A DNA stretch of 64,000 nucleotides from Vulcanimicrobiota bacterium (GCA_963812155.1 CAWETW010000004.1:128001-192000); one strand, 5' to 3'. Shown: positions 1 to 10,796, counted from the first letter of the stretch. The notes: generated from the letters alone by a model not told the origin. A program made the numbers and translations.

Positions 1-9
1 GGCTGCGCG

Positions 10-44
10 AAAAGAAAAGGGGCGCAGCATTTGCTGCACCCCTT
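10..44 (-). terminator. Intrinsic terminator of the S53 peptidase gene
   Basis: Minus strand reads AAGGGGTGCAGCA-AA-TGCTGCGCCCCTT followed by TTCTTTT, just downstream of the stop at 71. Confidence 0.8.
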
Positions 45-70
45 CGAAACGCGTCGAGCGCGTTGGTTTG

Positions 71-1281
71 TTAGAAGGCGCCGACGCCGTTGGGCGAACC
101 CCAACCCGTCACACCGTCGTAGCCGGTACCCGGCTTGCAGATGTAGGGATAGGCCGGCGGGCAGGTTCCGTTGAGGCCGCCCGTCGTGACGTCGTTGAGC
201 TTCGATGCGTTGATGCCGGTCTTCCAAATGCTCTTGGCATTGAGTGTGGTTACTGTGGTTGCCGGCGAGCGCGTAGACCGCGCCGATGATCGGCGACGCA
301 ACGCTCGTGCCGCCGAATGCCGTGAAGCTGCCGTTGAGGAATACCGCTACCGGGAAGGCCGGATTCGCGACTGCGGACACGTCGGATTCCGAGCGCGTCG
401 TGCAGCCTACGTCGTTTTGGTATGCCGGCTTGACCACCAATGCGCTGCAGCCGCTGCCCGCGCCGATCCAGCCGGCTTCGGTTCTCGGGCTGGCCTTCGA
501 GAGGGTCGTTCCGCCGACGCAGACGACGGTCGAATACGAGCAAGGCTGCTGCGCGCCGTAGCCGGAGTCGCCGGAACTGGCGACGATAACCGTGTGCGCG
601 TGCTTGTAGTTGGCGTTCGTGGCCTTGAACTCGCCGCCGCCGTACGAGTTGCTCGACCTGTCCGGCGCCTTGCGTGAAGGCTTGCTTCTCGGCAATCCCG
701 AGGTTATTGAAGCTGTTGTCGGTCGCTTCTACGAGCACGATGTGGCAGTTCGGGCAGATCGCCGACACCATGTCGACGTCGAGAGCTTGCTCCCCATCCC
801 AGCCGCTGTTCGTCGGAGGATAGGTCGTGCCGCCGGTTTGGTTGACTTTCTTAAAGCATCCGTTTGCCGTCGTGCAAGCCGACAAGCCGTAATGCGAGCG
901 ATAGGCGCCGAGATCGCTTTCGGCGTTCGGGTAGCCGAACGCGTCGACGATTCCGACGATTTGGCCGGTGCCGTTCGTCGACGACGGCAGGTTGTAGGCC
1001 GTCTGCAGGTCGCTCGGTCCGTACGAACCGGCATCGGGGTGCATGCGGTTCGGGATGACGTCGGTGCGGATCCACGCGAAGCAGCGCGCGTATCCCGGGC
1101 GCAAGTTCACGGCGGAGCAGACTTGTTGCGCGTTCATGGTGCCGTTTCCGAGAGCCATCGCTCCGGCCGTTCCGCCGGTCGTGCCGGTGGGCAGCGTGGA
1201 GTTCGTGGCGCCGCCGGAACATGCGGCGAAAATCGCGGCACATGCGGCAACCGCAAGCGCGCGAACGTAATGTCCGTTCAA
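71..1281 (-). CDS. Secreted/lipoprotein S53 (sedolisin-like) subtilase; two apparent frameshifts (~655, ~250)
   Basis: Lipobox-like FAAC signal; EQALD, SSGDSG and FGGTS catalytic motifs spread across frames; C-terminal GYDGVTGWGSPNG. Confidence 0.85.
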
Positions 1282-1403
1282 GGGGAGAGCCTCCTCATTC
1301 GAGAGTGTGTCAGGGGGTCGCCCTACTGTAGCACCGTCAAACCTTTATCGGGTAGGCGATTCACACTTAGATGCGAATCGAATCTAGCGCCGCGCTGCGA
1401 ACC

Positions 1404-2937
1404 TTAAAAAGCACGGGCTTGCCGGCTCTGCTCGGGCCACACGCATGCACCGTTCGACCACGTTTCCAGCACGCTGCATTGCGTGAATTGCGTGCCGTTT
1501 TCGAAGGGATCGCGATCGAGCACGACCATGTCGGCGCAGAGTCCGGGCCTCGAGGTTTCCCGTTTCCGATTCGGCGTAGCCGAAGCGCGCGGCGCTGGTG
1601 GTATACATCGCCAGCGCGCGTTGCCGCGCCAGCGCTTCGGCCGTCTCGTGATGCTCGACCGACGCCTGCATGCCCGCCAACGGATTGAGTTCGCACACCG
1701 GACTGTCGTCGCCGCCGCAGAGCGTCGCGCCGGCCGCTTCGATGCGCGCAAACGCGTTCATCGAGCGCTTGCGCCGCTCGCCCAGCCGCGTTTCGTACAT
1801 TCCGCCGCGCCCGGCCCAGAGCGCGTCGAACTGCGGCTGCATCGAAAGGTAAATGCCCATGCGCGCGCAGGCGTCGATGTGCTCTTGCGTTGCGAGCTCG
1901 AAGTGCTCGATGAAGTGGCGGCATCCGCGCGGCGACGGTTTGCCCGCAAGCACGCGTTCCCACACGCGCACGCTTTGCTCGATCGCCGCGTCGCCGATCG
2001 CGTGCACGCCGGCCGCGATGCCGAGCGCCTCGGCCTGCGCGTAGTACGCGAGCAGTTGGTCGTCGGAAAAACGGAGCGCACCGCACGTAGCGGCGTCCGC
2101 ATAGCGCTCGCAGAGTGCGGCGGTGCGGCTGCCGATCGAACCGTCGAGAAAAACGTCGCCGCCGACGTACGGGAGCCCCAGCCCGCGCGCGAGCTGCGCG
2201 TCGGGTTCGCAGATCTTCGGGTGAATTTTCGCCGGAAGCGCGCGCAGCGCGGCGATTTCCTCTGCGTACGCGATCGAGCGGAAAGCCGACGAGCTGCGCG
2301 TGCAGATGCAGCGCACCGCGCGACAGCGCGAGATCGATCGCCCGCCGCTCGGCCTCGCGCCGCGTTCGCATCGGGAATGTGGGCGAGAAAGGCCGCCTGC
2401 GCGCGCCAGTTCGCTTCGTGAAAAAGACGCCCGGTCGGCGCGTCCGCAGCGTCGCGCTCGATGCCGGGCGTTTCCGGCGGGAGATCGAGCCATGCGAGCG
2501 TAGCGGCATTCGCCAGACACGAGTGGCCGTCGATGCGCGTCAACAGCGCGAGCGCGCCGCCGTGAAAACGCTCCAGCGGACGCGCATCGGCTTCCGCACG
2601 ATCGTGCCAGGCGCTGTCGTCGTACTGCCCGGCAAGAACGAAGCCGGCGTCTTGTGGCACGCGCGCCACCGCCGCGGCGAACTCGTCGTAGCCGCGCACG
2701 CCGCCCGAAATTGCGCGGACCGAGAAAATAGCCGGTGTCGGTAAGGTGCACGTGGCAGTCCGCAAATGCCGGCAGCACGGTCGCGCCGTCGAGATCGATG
2801 CGTTCGGCGCCGATGCCGGCGGCGTCTTCGCCGAGCGCGACGATCGTGCGTCCGTCGACGAGCAACGAGTCGTATCGCCGCAGTTGCGCACTGCCGGCGT
2901 CGAAAGAGTAGACGCGCGCGTTATGGAACAGCCTCAC
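1404..2937 (-). CDS. Amidohydrolase family 3 (YtcJ-like), several frameshifts
   Basis: DLDGATVLPAFADCHVH, DGHS, FLDGSIGSRTAAL, HAIGDAA, IEHFEL, GGDDSPV, ADMVVLDRDP motifs in successive frames. Confidence 0.85.
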
Positions 2938-2951
2938 CGGGTGAACATACG

Positions 2952-4145
2952 GTGAGCGGCCGCGGGCTTCTTCTCGGAATCGTAGCCGGCGCGAGCGCCG
3001 GCTACCTCACCGTGCGCGCCGTCCAGGCGCTGCGCGAGTGGCGCGAACCGTCGCCCCCGTGCACGCCGGACCCATTGGCATACGCGCGATTTCGCCGCAA
3101 GCTCGAACTCCTGGAAACGGTCCGCGGTGCGTCCGTCATCGGCGCCGTCGCGTACGGCGCCGCCGGCGACGCGCTCGACCGCGCCGCTGCAGCCCGCTCC
3201 CGCGCTGCTCCGTCCGGCATTCTACTTCGGCGGCGCTCGCGCTTGCGACGGCGATCGCGGAACTTCCCGCCGCATTCGTCCAAGACTACACCCTCGAGCG
3301 CCGCTACGGTTTGAGCGAGCAGACGCGCGAAGACTGGGTCGCCGACTACGCGAAAAGCGCCGGGCTCTCGATCGCGCTCTCGGCGGTGGTTGCGACGCTG
3401 TTCGGCATCGCCGTGCGCCGCGCGCCCGCGACCTGGCCGCTGCTCGCGAGCGCCGGCGCCCTTCCGCTTTTCGTGCTCGGAAACGTGGTCGTTCCGATTT
3501 ACGTGCTTCCGCTCTTCAACGCGTTCGAGCCGCTGACCGGAGAACTCGAGCAGCAGCTTCGCAGCGCTCGCGTCGCGTTACGGCGTCGGCGATGCCGACA
3601 TTCTGCGCATGGACATGAGCCGGCAAACGCGCAAAGCCAACGCGTTCGTCACCGGAATCGGACGCACGCACCGCATCGTTCTCGGCGACACGCTGATCGA
3701 CGGATTCGAACCGCGCGAGATCGAGTTCGTCGTCGCACACGAGCTGGGACACTACGTGAAGCGCGATACGTGGCGTTCGATCGCCGTGGGCGAACTGCTC
3801 GTGACCGTGCTGCTGGCGATCGCTCACGCGTTCACGCCCGCGGGCGAAGCGGACGAGTTGCGGGACCGCCCCCTGCTGATCGCGCGGCTCTACGCCACCA
3901 TGCTCTTTGCCGGCCAGGCCTTACGGCCGCTGCTTTTTGCTTTTTCGCGCTCGCGGGAATGGGCTGCCGACCGTTTTGCGCTCGAGGCGACGCGCGATCC
4001 GGCCGCGGGCGCGGCCGCGTTCCGGCGATTGCGCGACCGCAATCTTGCAGACGCCGATCCCCCGGCGTGGTACGAGGCCTTGTTCAGTTCGCATCCGTCG
4101 CTTCGGCGCCGTATCGAAGCGCTCGACGCAGCGGCGCCCGACTAA
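2952..4145 (+). CDS. M48 (Ste24p/HtpX-like) membrane metalloprotease, frameshifted
   Basis: TM segments; DMSRQTRKANAFVTG, AHELGH, SRSREWAADRFA and SHPS motifs. Confidence 0.85.
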
Positions 4146-4148
4146 GCT

Positions 4149-4430
4149 TCAGCCGTCGTAGGAATCGCGTACGCTTTCCAGCCGCGTTTGCCCTCGAACG
4201 GGAAGGCAGTCGCCGTCGAGCACGTCCACGTCGAAGCCGGGATAGACGGCGTTGAACCGTTCGCGCTTCCAAATGGCGACCGTCCACGCGTCCTTCGCGG
4301 CGCGCTCGTAGGGCCAGGTCGGCATGCCCTCGCGATCGGATCGCACGTCGCGTCCGTCGAGATGCTGAATCTTTACCAGGAAACCTTCGATCTGCGAAAT
4401 ACGAAGCTCGACGCGTCCGACCTTAGCCAT
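4149..4430 (-). CDS. Small conserved-looking hypothetical protein (93 aa)
   Basis: ATG preceded by GGAGA; overlaps the stop of the upstream gene; globular composition. Confidence 0.7.
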   Translation of the reverse strand: MAKVGRVELRISQIEGFLVKIQHLDGRDVRSDREGMPTWPYERAAKDAWTVAIWKRERFNAVYPGFDVDVLDGDCLPVRGQTRLESVRDSYDG

Positions 4431-5847
4431 GGCCTTCTCCTCCAACGCCGGCGCGCAGCCAGGCGACGAGTTCGGTCTTCGGCGTCACCGGCGCCCCGCT
4501 GCGCAGCTCCTGCCGAAACTCGCCGAACGTGCCGAAGGCCTCGGCGATCGCGTCGTGTTTGTGGATCGATTCGTAGTTGACCTGACGTGCGCCGACGAAC
4601 GTGTCGTCGCCGAAATCGGCGTACATGTCGAGCGCGCCCGCCAGCATGCCGCGAACGACGTCCTCGACGAACTTCGGATTGTGGTGCGCCTTGTTCACGA
4701 TAAAGAACTCGTCGGGCCGCTTCAATAAGTCGTAGGTTTCGCTCGACATCGCGTTTTCGACGATTTCGACGAGATCTTCGGCGCGTATCGCCTCGGATGC
4801 GGTTGCGCTCGTCCCGACGAGAATCGAGCCGCGTCCGCGCTGGTTGTGCGTCGCCACCGGCAGCGCATCGAGCGCGCGCTGCGCGTCGGCTTGCGAAAAA
4901 CCGGCCTCGCCTAGCTCGCGCAGGGAGTGTTCGCGCATCATCGCTTGCGCGCACGGACACGCCGTCATTCCCTCCGCTTCGACGCCGACGACGCTTCGCG
5001 CACCGCGGGCATTTGCCGCGGCGATTGCAACGAGCGTGTAGGTTTCCTCGCCGCGCCTGCCGCTGACCGGCGTCCAGCGCTCCAGCCCGAACTCCGCGCG
5101 CAGGGTGACCTCGGCTCCCGCCGCGCGCTGTTCGCGCACGACTTCCCGTGCGACCGTTTCGGCGATGCGCTCGACGCGAGACGGCAGCGTATCGCGATCG
5201 AGCACGTCCAGAATCGCGGCTTCCAAGATTTCCGTAAAGCGCGACATGTGCAAGCCGGCTTTATCGGCGGCGAGGTCGGCGACCATCGAGAAGACCGCAC
5301 TGTAGAGGCGGTCGCGCCCGTCGATCTCGATTCGCACCGCGCGCCGAATTCCGTCGACGCCGACGCGATTGAGCGACAGCCGCACGTCGGGCTCTTCTTC
5401 CTGCCGGTCGGCCGAGAAATGTAGGCTGCGTTCGCGCCGGCGAACGCTTCCGTTGGCCGAGGCCTCGACGAGATGCGGCGCGATTTCGGCGAGCGGAACG
5501 GCGTTGAACGGCCGCCGTTCGAGATCGTCGCGCACGACGCGCCCGTCGACCGCGAGGACGTCGATATCGATCGGCCGCGGAGCGAGCTTGCGCGTACCGG
5601 CGGCGCGCCCGACGGCAAGTTCGACGTCGCGCGCAAAGCGATCGAAATCTTCGGGCCCCAGCCCGGTGCGCAGCGACGCCGCGACGTTCAAATACGGCGG
5701 CCCTTCGGCTCCGCCGGCGGCTGCGGACTCGTAAAACGCCGAAACGACGGCGACCTCCGCGCGCGCGCGCAGCCGCTGCAGCGCCGCCAAGATATTCCCT
5801 TGGCGATCGCCGAGATTCGAACCGATGCCCACGACGATCTCGTGCAT
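4423..5847 (-). CDS. folK-mptA: Fusion of N-terminal HPPK (FolK) domain and GTP cyclohydrolase IB/MptA (FolE2 family)
   Basis: IGSNLGDR, YLNVAA, PRPIDIDVL (FolK); GLHMSRF, GMTACPC, THNQRG, LLKRPDE, NPKFVED, NYESIHKHDA (FolE2/MptA) in one continuous frame. Confidence 0.9.
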   Translation of the reverse strand: MHEIVVGIGSNLGDRQGNILAALQRLRARAEVAVVSAFYESAAAGGAEGPPYLNVAASLRTGLGPEDFDRFARDVELAVGRAAGTRKLAPRPIDIDVLAVDGRVVRDDLERRPFNAVPLAEIAPHLVEASANGSVRRRERSLHFSADRQEEEPDVRLSLNRVGVDGIRRAVRIEIDGRDRLYSAVFSMVADLAADKAGLHMSRFTEILEAAILDVLDRDTLPSRVERIAETVAREVVREQRAAGAEVTLRAEFGLERWTPVSGRRGEETYTLVAIAAANARGARSVVGVEAEGMTACPCAQAMMREHSLRELGEAGFSQADAQRALDALPVATHNQRGRGSILVGTSATASEAIRAEDLVEIVENAMSSETYDLLKRPDEFFIVNKAHHNPKFVEDVVRGMLAGALDMYADFGDDTFVGARQVNYESIHKHDAIAEAFGTFGEFRQELRSGAPVTPKTELVAWLRAGVGGEGHG

Positions 5848-5854
5848 CGGACGC

Positions 5855-6733
5855 CTAGGGAACCTCGCCCCACCGCGAGAGCGCCGAGAGACGGTCGAAC
5901 GTGCTCGCAAAGAACTCGCTCAAGGCCGTTTCCGGAGCATCGCTGCGCCGAACGTCGTCGTAGCGCAACACGAACTCGCCCAACGCATCGCTCCAAAACG
6001 CGGCGGCGGGCGCAATCGATGCGCGCTCGGCACCCGCCGGTTTGGGATACGCGTAGCACCAAAACGCCGGTTCCGGAAAACGCGCGTCGCCCGGCCAGAA
6101 CCCCGCGCAGATTTCTTCGGCATCCATTGCACGCGCCATGATGACGTCGCCGCTCGGCGGGGTTGCGGGACGGCCCGAAAAGCGCGCGTACGCGAGGTCG
6201 AAGCTTCCGAAGAAAAACTGCACGAGCGAATGGCGGCGACGGAACGGCGCGCGGTACCGTTTCATCGCCGTGTCGGCTTGCAGGAGCACGCGATGAAAGC
6301 GGTTCGCAGCATCGGCATCGTATGCGGCGTGCCGCTCGTCTTCGTCGAACGGTATCGGATCGGGGACTTCAACCGGCATCCTCCAAAAGTGCACGTGAAT
6401 GTCGAGTTCCGTCAACGCCTGCACGAACCAGCGATAAAAGGCCGCGACGCTGCGCGGCTGCAGCGCGAGCCTTCTGGATCGGCCGTCGCTGGTGACGATT
6501 GCGACGAAGTGCTCGACGAAGTCGAAGTCGATTTGGAAGGTGCGCTCGCGGTAGGGCACCGGCCCCGTCGTTAGTCCGAGCGGCGTTACGTAGAGCGCGA
6601 CGTGCGCCCATTGCGGCTCGGACGGAGCGAGCGCCAGGCGCACTTTTCCCGCCATCTGCACGCACATGTGCAGCGTATCGCAGGTATCGCGCCACTGCGC
6701 CAGCGGCAGCGCCGGCCACGCTTCGTCGTTCAT
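5855..6733 (-). CDS. DUF5996-like hypothetical protein
   Basis: WPALPL..W..T..TLHM..Q..GKVRL, FFGSFDLA..RFSGR, AGFWPG, EPAFWCYAYP pattern recognised from memory of the family. Confidence 0.75.
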   Translation of the reverse strand: MNDEAWPALPLAQWRDTCDTLHMCVQMAGKVRLALAPSEPQWAHVALYVTPLGLTTGPVPYRERTFQIDFDFVEHFVAIVTSDGRSRRLALQPRSVAAFYRWFVQALTELDIHVHFWRMPVEVPDPIPFDEDERHAAYDADAANRFHRVLLQADTAMKRYRAPFRRRHSLVQFFFGSFDLAYARFSGRPATPPSGDVIMARAMDAEEICAGFWPGDARFPEPAFWCYAYPKPAGAERASIAPAAAFWSDALGEFVLRYDDVRRSDAPETALSEFFASTFDRLSALSRWGEVP

Positions 6734-6824
6734 TGCGCGTGATTTGCCATATGGCCAATGCCCTTCGCGCCGGGACCGGGATTCGCTTCCCCATAAGGCG
6801 TAATCGAACGGCTGGAGAGATGTG

Positions 6825-7880
6825 ATGACCGCGCCGCTCTATCCCTACGTTCTCGATCCGAAACTGACGCCCGCAATTTGGGGCGGCGGAGAGTTGGTTT
6901 CGGAATACGGAAAACACGGCGACCCGAATGCGAAACTGGGTGAGTCGTGGGAGTGCTGGGACACCAACCGCGTACTCGACGGGTCGCTTCAGGGCGAGAG
7001 CGTTGCAGATTTGCGCGCGTCGTTGGGACCGCAGTTGCTCGGCAATCTCGACGCGCATCGAATCTTTCCCATCCTCACGAAGATCATCACCGCACACGAT
7101 TGGCTTTCGGTGCAAGTCCATCCCGACGACGCCTACGCACAACGCGTCGAGCGCCAGCCCAACGGCAAAACCGAATGCTGGTACGTCTTCTCTGCGCAGC
7201 CTGGAGCGGAGCTCGTGCTCGGCTGGAAAGCAGACACGTCGCGCGAGGAGTACGAACGGCGCGTCGCGGACGGCACGCTCGGCGAGATTCTGCGCCGAAT
7301 TCCGGTCAAGGCCGGCGACACCGTCTATATTCCGGCCGGAATGGTGCATGCGATCGGCGCCGGCGTCGTCCTATTCGAAACGCAACAAGCGTCGGACCTC
7401 ACCTACCGGATGTTCGATTGGAATCGCGTCGGCAGCGACGGCAAATCGCGCGAACTGCACGTCGCAAAGGCCGCCGACGTGCTCGACTATCGCGCCGGTG
7501 CGACCGGCGCACTCGAGCAGGTGCCGTATCACTTTGAAGGGCTGGATCGCGTTGCCCTGATAGCCGATCCGCGCTTCGTGGTCGAGCGCGTCACCGCAAC
7601 GAGCGACCCCGCCTCGCTCGCGACGAATGGGCGTCCGCTCATCCTGATGTCGCTCGAAAGCGCGCTCGAGGTGACGTCGGGCGAAACGGCGATCGCGTTG
7701 ACACCCTACCAAACCGCGCTCGTTCCCGCCGCCGCAGAACGATGCACCGTGCGCGCTCTCGATGGCAGCGCACCGTTCATGCTCGTGACGCCGCCCGCCC
7801 GTCCCGACGAACTGGCGATTCGCTTGATGGCGGCGGGCGTCGACCAAACGACCGTCGACCGATTCACGGCGCAGTTCTAA
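6825..7880 (+). CDS. manA: Type I mannose-6-phosphate isomerase
   Basis: [43 protein letters not shown]. Confidence 0.9.
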   Translation: MTAPLYPYVLDPKLTPAIWGGGELVSEYGKHGDPNAKLGESWECWDTNRVLDGSLQGESVADLRASLGPQLLGNLDAHRIFPILTKIITAHDWLSVQVHPDDAYAQRVERQPNGKTECWYVFSAQPGAELVLGWKADTSREEYERRVADGTLGEILRRIPVKAGDTVYIPAGMVHAIGAGVVLFETQQASDLTYRMFDWNRVGSDGKSRELHVAKAADVLDYRAGATGALEQVPYHFEGLDRVALIADPRFVVERVTATSDPASLATNGRPLILMSLESALEVTSGETAIALTPYQTALVPAAAERCTVRALDGSAPFMLVTPPARPDELAIRLMAAGVDQTTVDRFTAQF

Positions 7881-7920
7881 GGAACGCATCCAGCCGCGCC
7901 CCACGAGCGTTGTGAGAGAT

Positions 7921-8418
7921 ATGAGCGATTCCACTCTTCAAACCGCAACCTTCGCCGCCGGCTGCTTCTGGGGCGTCGAAGACGCGTTTCGCCGGATTCC
8001 CGGCGTTACGGATGCGGTCTCCGGTTATACCGGCGGCCGGACCGAACGTCCGACCTATCGCGAGGTCTGCGGACACGGTACCGGGCATGCCGAGGCCGTC
8101 GAGGTGACCTTCGATCCGTCGCGGGTGAGTTACGAGCAGCTGCTCGACGTATTTTGGAATCTGCACGACCCCACGCAACTCAACCGGCAGGGTCCCGACG
8201 TCGGCGATCAGTACCGTTCGGCGATCTTCACGCACTCACCCGAGCAGATGCAAGCGGCACTCGCCTCGAGAGATGCCGAGCAAACGAAACTTCGCCGCCC
8301 AATCGTCACGCAAATTCTCGAAGCGCCGGCATTCTGGCGCGCCGAAGATTACCACCAGCGTTACTTCGAAAAAAACGGCGGCGGCGCGTGCCACATTCCC
8401 GCGGGACGGCAGTCGTGA
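7921..8418 (+). CDS. msrA: Peptide-methionine (S)-S-oxide reductase
   Basis: [35 protein letters not shown]. Confidence 0.95.
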   Translation: MSDSTLQTATFAAGCFWGVEDAFRRIPGVTDAVSGYTGGRTERPTYREVCGHGTGHAEAVEVTFDPSRVSYEQLLDVFWNLHDPTQLNRQGPDVGDQYRSAIFTHSPEQMQAALASRDAEQTKLRRPIVTQILEAPAFWRAEDYHQRYFEKNGGGACHIPAGRQS

Positions 8419-8885
8419 AGCGCGGCGCATTCGTCGCAAACGTCGCCACGCTGCTGGTCGCCGGCTCGGCGTTGCGAGCGCTTGCGACGCCCGAGACGTA
8501 CGCGGTGACGCACACCGACCAGCAGTGGCTCGCGTTGCTCGGGCCGGAGCGCTACGCGATTCTGCGCCAAGGCGGGACCGAGCCGGCGAACTCCAGCGCC
8601 CTGATCGGCGAAACGCGGCGCGGGACGTATCGTTGCGCGGGCTGCAACCTGACGCTGTTCAGTTCGAAGACGAAATACGATAGCGGCGACGGATGGCCGT
8701 CGTTCTGGGACGTCTTGCCGAACGCGATTCGCAAGCAAGCCGACTACTCACTCATCGACGAACGCACCGAAGTCCATTGCCGCCAATGCGGCGGCCATCT
8801 CGGACACATCTTCGACGACGGCCCGCCGCCGACGCATCTGCGCTACTGCATCGACGGCTTGGCGTTGCGATTCGTCCCGGCCTAG
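8415..8885 (+). CDS. msrB: Peptide-methionine (R)-S-oxide reductase with N-terminal export signal
   Basis: [41 protein letters not shown] overlap with msrA. Confidence 0.9.
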   Translation: MKRGAFVANVATLLVAGSALRALATPETYAVTHTDQQWLALLGPERYAILRQGGTEPANSSALIGETRRGTYRCAGCNLTLFSSKTKYDSGDGWPSFWDVLPNAIRKQADYSLIDERTEVHCRQCGGHLGHIFDDGPPPTHLRYCIDGLALRFVPA

Positions 8886-8908
8886 TGTCGACACTAGCGT
8901 TCCGCTCC

Positions 8909-8933
8909 TAGGAATAGCCGGCTTCCGGTCTAA
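8909..8933 (+). promoter_or_regulatory. Putative ECF-sigma promoter (TAGGAAT-N12-GTCTAA)
   Basis: Resembles sigmaE-type GGAAC...TCTAA; near-identical motif at 21075-21100. Confidence 0.45.
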
Positions 8934-8957
8934 TGCTGCCGCCAAAAGGAGGCAGCG

Positions 8958-9425
8958 ATGCGAGGATTGGCGATTGCGGTAGTTGCGTTGGCGGGAAGCG
9001 TCGCGCTCGGCGCGTGTGCGAAATCGAACAACTCCGCGAATGAAGCGTCGAGCGCGCCCGAATCGACGCCCGCGACGTCGGCGGCACCGGTTTCCTCGAG
9101 CGGCGCGTCGCCCGGCGCGACGACGTACACCGCCAATTGCGCGAGTTGCCATCAGCCGGGTGGGAAGGGGTTAGCCGGCTCCTTTCCTCCGCTCGCCGGC
9201 AACCCGGTCGTGTCCGGCGATGCGCAGAAGGTGATTCACATCGTGAAATACGGCCTCAGCGGAAAGATCATGGTGGGGCCCGATGCCTACAACGGCATGA
9301 TGCCGCCCTGGGGCACGCAACTTTCCGACGACCAGATCGCCGGGGTCATCACGTACATTCGCTCGTCGTGGGGTAACGGCGCGTCGCCCGTGAGCGCCGC
9401 CGAGGTCGCCGCCGTCAAGAAGTAG
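8958..9425 (+). CDS. Monoheme cytochrome c lipoprotein
   Basis: AGGAGG RBS; lipobox LGAC; CASCH heme motif; FPPLAG; MMPPW axial Met. Confidence 0.9.
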   Translation: MRGLAIAVVALAGSVALGACAKSNNSANEASSAPESTPATSAAPVSSSGASPGATTYTANCASCHQPGGKGLAGSFPPLAGNPVVSGDAQKVIHIVKYGLSGKIMVGPDAYNGMMPPWGTQLSDDQIAGVITYIRSSWGNGASPVSAAEVAAVKK

Positions 9426-9660
9426 AGTCGTTGATCGACTGCGACGAGAGACTCGCGTACGTTTTTGTGTTTTTCTGTCCTTTGCAGGGCGCCGGCCCGG
9501 CGTTGGGCAGTTGGAACGAAACGCTCCCATCGCTGGGAAGCGCTGCAGCCTGCGGCGGAACGACGTTGCCGCTTTGCCCCGCGCAGCCGGCCAAGAACGC
9601 CGCCGCGGCGAGCGATGCGAAGCGATTCCGTGACGGTGCGCGCTCGGTGAAATGGAACAT
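9415..9660 (-). pseudogene. Truncated secreted lipoprotein (N-terminal 81 aa)
   Basis: GAGGAG RBS; lipobox LAGC; frame ends inside the cytochrome c gene. Confidence 0.55.
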
Positions 9661-9810
9661 GATGGTCTCCTCAACGGATCGGGACGTCCGCTGTTGCGGA
9701 CTCCCGGCATCGTATCGCCACCGCCGAGTCCGAGAGTATGGGGGGCACCCTACCATTGCGGCGCGGCGCCCCCCATACCGGCAAACGTCGGGGCGCGTTA
9801 TCGTGAGCGG

Positions 9811-10086
9811 GTGCCCGTCAGCGACGAGCTTCGCACTGCCGTTTTGCGCCGTCTGCGCCGCCTCACGCGCGCCGAGCGCAGCGTCGTTACGCGCGCCGCG
9901 ATCGTGGGGCGCTCCTTCGGCGTCGACGAGGCGCGAACGCGAAATCGCAGAGCTTGCAGCCAGGGGAAACTCCAATCTGGAAATCGCGCGGCGTCTTTCG
10001 ATCTCTCACAAAACGGTCGAGAAACATCTCGGCTGCGTCTATCAAAAACTGCACATCACGTCGCGTTCGCTGCTAAGAGCGAGTAG
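9811..10086 (+). pseudogene. LuxR-HTH regulator remnant (LAL/MalT-type fragment joined to the HTH)
   Basis: RLRRLTRAERSVVTRAAIVGRSF in one frame, then REREIAELAARGNSNLEIARRLSISHKTVEKHL in another. Confidence 0.65.
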
Positions 10087-10114
10087 CAGCACCTCGCTGC
10101 GGAGAGTGGTACAC

Positions 10115-10540
10115 ATGGATCCTGACGTACTTCGGGACGTCGCCGGTTACGTCGCCATAATATGGTTGCTGTGGCTCGCTCTCAACTTGCCCGCGCAATG
10201 GCTGCTCGGAGTTGCGACGCGAATGGATCACCCCAGCCGGCGCACGCTCGCCATCATCGGTGCAGCCGTCGCGATTGTCGGTGCGGCGCTGATTGTCGAC
10301 CTCACGTTCTACCCGTACGACGGAACCGTCTCGCACACGCTGCTGCTCCTTGCAACGCTCGCCATTTTTGGCATAGCGGCGAACGTGGCGTTCTTCGTCG
10401 CGCTTTTCCATTTCACGGGAATCGCGGCGCGGGTGGCATTGCTCGCGGCCGGCGGCGGCCTCATGGTGCTCGGCGTCATGGCCTTCGGCCTTCGTTCGTT
10501 CGGCTACGGCCTACAGCACAGCTTAGGAGGCTGGCCGTAA
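10115..10540 (+). CDS. Hypothetical 4-TM membrane protein
   Basis: GGAGAG RBS; four hydrophobic segments. Confidence 0.6.
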   Translation: MDPDVLRDVAGYVAIIWLLWLALNLPAQWLLGVATRMDHPSRRTLAIIGAAVAIVGAALIVDLTFYPYDGTVSHTLLLLATLAIFGIAANVAFFVALFHFTGIAARVALLAAGGGLMVLGVMAFGLRSFGYGLQHSLGGWP

Positions 10541-10581
10541 CGCGTTGTGAACGCGTCCTCGATCGCGGTAGCGCGATTGGA

Positions 10582-10656
10582 TGGAGCCGACGGCCGGGAT
10601 TGAACCGGCGACCTATTGTTTACGAAACAATTGCTCTACCGCTGAGCTACGTCGGC
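10582..10656 (-). tRNA. tRNA-Thr(CGU)
   Basis: GCCGACG acceptor stem, D-arm GCTCAGCGGTAGAGC, anticodon arm ATTGT-TTCGTAA-ACAAT, GGTTCAATCC T-loop, encoded CCA. Confidence 0.95.
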
Positions 10657-10796
10657 AGCGAAACGCGGGCGGCGCCATGGCCGCCGGGCCTGGTTCCACC
10701 TGACTCGAGCCCGGGACCTTCCGCGATCGTACGAGTCACGCCGTTTTTGATGCTGCCATGATGGCGCCTCGAGCGCTCGCTCGATATGATGGGCGC

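Noticed and set aside
71..4145. Frameshifts in the S53 peptidase, amidohydrolase and M48 genes (also the relaxase, TetR, NmrA and others) as programmed frameshifting or true pseudogenes
   Set aside because: They are scattered single-base indels without evident slippery sites or stimulators, in many unrelated genes; long-read consensus error is more likely.
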